Source: an uncultured Candidatus Poseidoniales archaeon (GTDB lineage Archaea > Thermoplasmatota > Poseidoniia > Poseidoniales > Thalassarchaeaceae). Taken from it: DNA of 64,000 nt. A program made the position numbers and the translations under genes. The notes under the pieces are model-generated. The model was not told where the DNA came from. It saw only the letters and a list, made by a program, of their open reading frames with translations, and did no database searches. Positions 62,445-64,000 of the stretch are shown piece by piece (the stretch's first letter is position 1; each line of letters starts with the position of its first letter). The stretch covers positions 28,354-92,353 of the forward strand of contig CAWVWT010000003.1 in NCBI GenBank assembly GCA_963934015.1, written 5' to 3'.

Positions 62445-64000
62445 ATGTCGAATAGTGTCACGAATACCTTGCACCTCCCTCACATGCGTGCAAACCCCTT
62501 CTCATCACGCCCCATCGAGGCTAGTGATTACACATTGCTCGTCGCCCGAAGCGAACTAATGTCGAATTTAAGCCACCATCTGCGTTTTGGAAGTCCTCGC
62601 CTGATGATTTTGCTCGGGGAGCGTGGATCAGGCCGAACCTCGATTTTACAAGCTCTCAGCAACCTTTCCCCAACATCCTACCCCTTTACGTATTACCCTG
62701 AAGGAAACCCCAGCAAAACTCTCCTGCATGAAATGTATTGCCTGATTGCAGGGTATGAGGTGCCCCCGTCGACAAATACACTGGTTGAGGAAATGGTAAA
62801 ATCCTTGAAAGGTAAAAGTGGTGATTTACCCCTAATTACATTTGATTTTCCCGGCGTAGGTGGGGCAGACTTAGCACAAGTGTTTGAGCGTTTAACTCCA
62901 GTGTTGCGCCGGTTGCGCTCTTTGGTTATCGTCGCCCTTACACCTGCACAATTGGCTGCTTGGTCAGACGATTTACAAAATGAGTACGATATCACAGAAC
63001 CATTGGAAGATTTCGATGCTGCAGATATCCGTTCCCTCATCGATAAACGAATCAGTCAAGTGAGTAATGAAGGGTGGAATGCCCCTCAATCATTGATTGA
63101 AGATGCAATCTCCCATACTGGAGGCCGCGCCATCCATGTGGTCCGGCATTTCCGCGATTTACTCGATTCTGAAAGGGGCGCATCGACAGCATTCTCTCGT
63201 AAACAGGAAATGATTCAGTCAATGGACTTAGAGCCTAATGATGCGAAGACCCGCATGGCATCTCAAGTTGAACCACTCGAATCGTTGGTTGATGAAAAAG
63301 AACCAGGGGGGGTCCCAGAGGTGTCTGAGCCTGAACTCGAACCCGAACTCGAGCCCGAGATTGATTTCCATTGGGACATCCCTGAGATGGAACCCGAATT
63401 GGAAGCAGAATTTCCTGAGGAGTCCACCGAAGAATCACCTGAGGATGGCGACGATTCACCATCAGAGTTTGAATTACGATCCTTGGAGGTCGAAGAAACA
63501 GATGAACCTGATATGTCCCAAGCACTGGGTGGTGCAATTCTTCAGATGGAACCTGGAACCGAACCCCCGCCCCCTATGCGCGCATTTGGTGGGCTTACAG
63601 ATCGTCAACGTTCAGCAAAAATGGAAATCGGTCTTGACAACGCCCTTCGACCTAAAGTCAGTGGCCCGATGGAGGCAAAACCCGACACAACGATGCATTT
63701 TGCCGATGAAGAACCTGAAATAGAATCTGAAGAAACAACCTACTGGGTTACCGATTCACTCCCGGAACCCGAACCCGCTCCTGCCATGGACCCCGTGGCA
63801 GCCAAATCCATTGGCGAAAATCTCCGTAAGGACAAACCGAAACCCATTGGCTCAACCTTGCCTTTGGACTTCGAGAAGGTATCTTCACTCAGTGATTCTG
63901 AGATTTCTATCGTAGAGGCATCAATTGCAAGAGAGGTATCTCCATCCGATGCCGCACTACAAGCCTATCTTGCAGTGGGGCGGCCTCGGTTATCACAAAT
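62445..64000 (+). CDS. Hypothetical P-loop-like protein with long acidic Pro/Glu-rich C-terminal region (3' end outside window; absent from ORF track)
   Basis: My own translation shows the frame is open from the TAA at 62427 to the window end. Candidate ATGs are at 62445 and 62484 (MRANPFSSRP...). It has a P-loop-like LMILLGERGSGRTSILQAL, an EPELEPELEPE repeat at 63327-63359, and continues ...AALQAYLAVGRPRLSQ at the window edge. Confidence 0.7.
   Translation, partial: MSNSVTNTLHLPHMRANPFSSRPIEASDYTLLVARSELMSNLSHHLRFGSPRLMILLGERGSGRTSILQALSNLSPTSYPFTYYPEGNPSKTLLHEMYCLIAGYEVPPSTNTLVEEMVKSLKGKSGDLPLITFDFPGVGGADLAQVFERLTPVLRRLRSLVIVALTPAQLAAWSDDLQNEYDITEPLEDFDAADIRSLIDKRISQVSNEGWNAPQSLIEDAISHTGGRAIHVVRHFRDLLDSERGASTAFSRKQEMIQSMDLEPNDAKTRMASQVEPLESLVDEKEPGGVPEVSEPELEPELEPEIDFHWDIPEMEPELEAEFPEESTEESPEDGDDSPSEFELRSLEVEETDEPDMSQALGGAILQMEPGTEPPPPMRAFGGLTDRQRSAKMEIGLDNALRPKVSGPMEAKPDTTMHFADEEPEIESEETTYWVTDSLPEPEPAPAMDPVAAKSIGENLRKDKPKPIGSTLPLDFEKVSSLSDSEISIVEASIAREVSPSDAALQAYLAVGRPRLSQ

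Noticed and set aside
62693-63723. Track ORFs 62693-63040(-), 63235-63537(-) and 63238-63723(+)
   Set aside because: All lie within, and out of frame or antisense to, the long open frame 62445 to beyond 64000. That frame has a P-loop-like N-terminus and a consistent acidic composition, so these are treated as shadows.

Overview
This 64-kb window is a gene-dense chromosomal segment with about 57 protein genes and one tRNA. I found no rRNA, CRISPR array, transposase or integrase. The informational and bioenergetic genes are archaeal: an RPA plus RPA-associated protein pair, a complete A-type ATP synthase operon in the order H-I-K-E-C-F-A-B-D, smc-scpA-scpB, a RibL-type FAD synthetase, and GGPP synthase plus geranylgeranyl reductase. 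Many metabolic genes look bacterial: RNase PH, MogA, an alpha-type riboflavin synthase, a class II HMG-CoA reductase, an acyl-CoA dehydrogenase and a fused 2-oxoacid dehydrogenase E1 alpha/beta. There are also several very large membrane-anchored surface proteins: one with beta-propeller and thrombospondin-type-3 repeats, one FG-GAP/ASPIC protein, and one animal-type haem peroxidase. By inference only, this mix fits an uncultured marine euryarchaeon (Thermoplasmatota, Marine Group II-like). Gene packing is extreme. Many same-strand neighbours overlap by 1-8 nt, and several convergent pairs abut or overlap: 770/772, 16428-16431, 20601-20641, 34006/34007, 52632-52635 and 60838/60839. Internal operon genes are preceded by GGAGGTGA-like Shine-Dalgarno motifs, which I used to choose start codons. 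The most interesting region is 28.3-36.9 kb. An rpa-rpap pair runs, with no visible promoter in between, into a four-gene type-IV-filament-like module: a small soluble protein, two half-size T2SSF platform proteins and a CpaF/FlaI-like ATPase, with no pilin or prepilin peptidase in the flanks. It is followed by a triple-SAP-motif protein and a degenerate HemC-like protein. Other items worth a look are listed here.
- A site-2-protease homologue (49193-51676) has lost both HExxH histidines.
- A GCGTTAAC operator-like array with 11-bp spacing sits upstream of hmgA (62244-62412).
- A long ORF is missing from the supplied track because it runs off the window end (62445 onward).
- An orphan receiver-domain protein is translationally coupled to a TVP38-family membrane protein.
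All functional calls come from motif recognition and by-eye alignment, with no database search.
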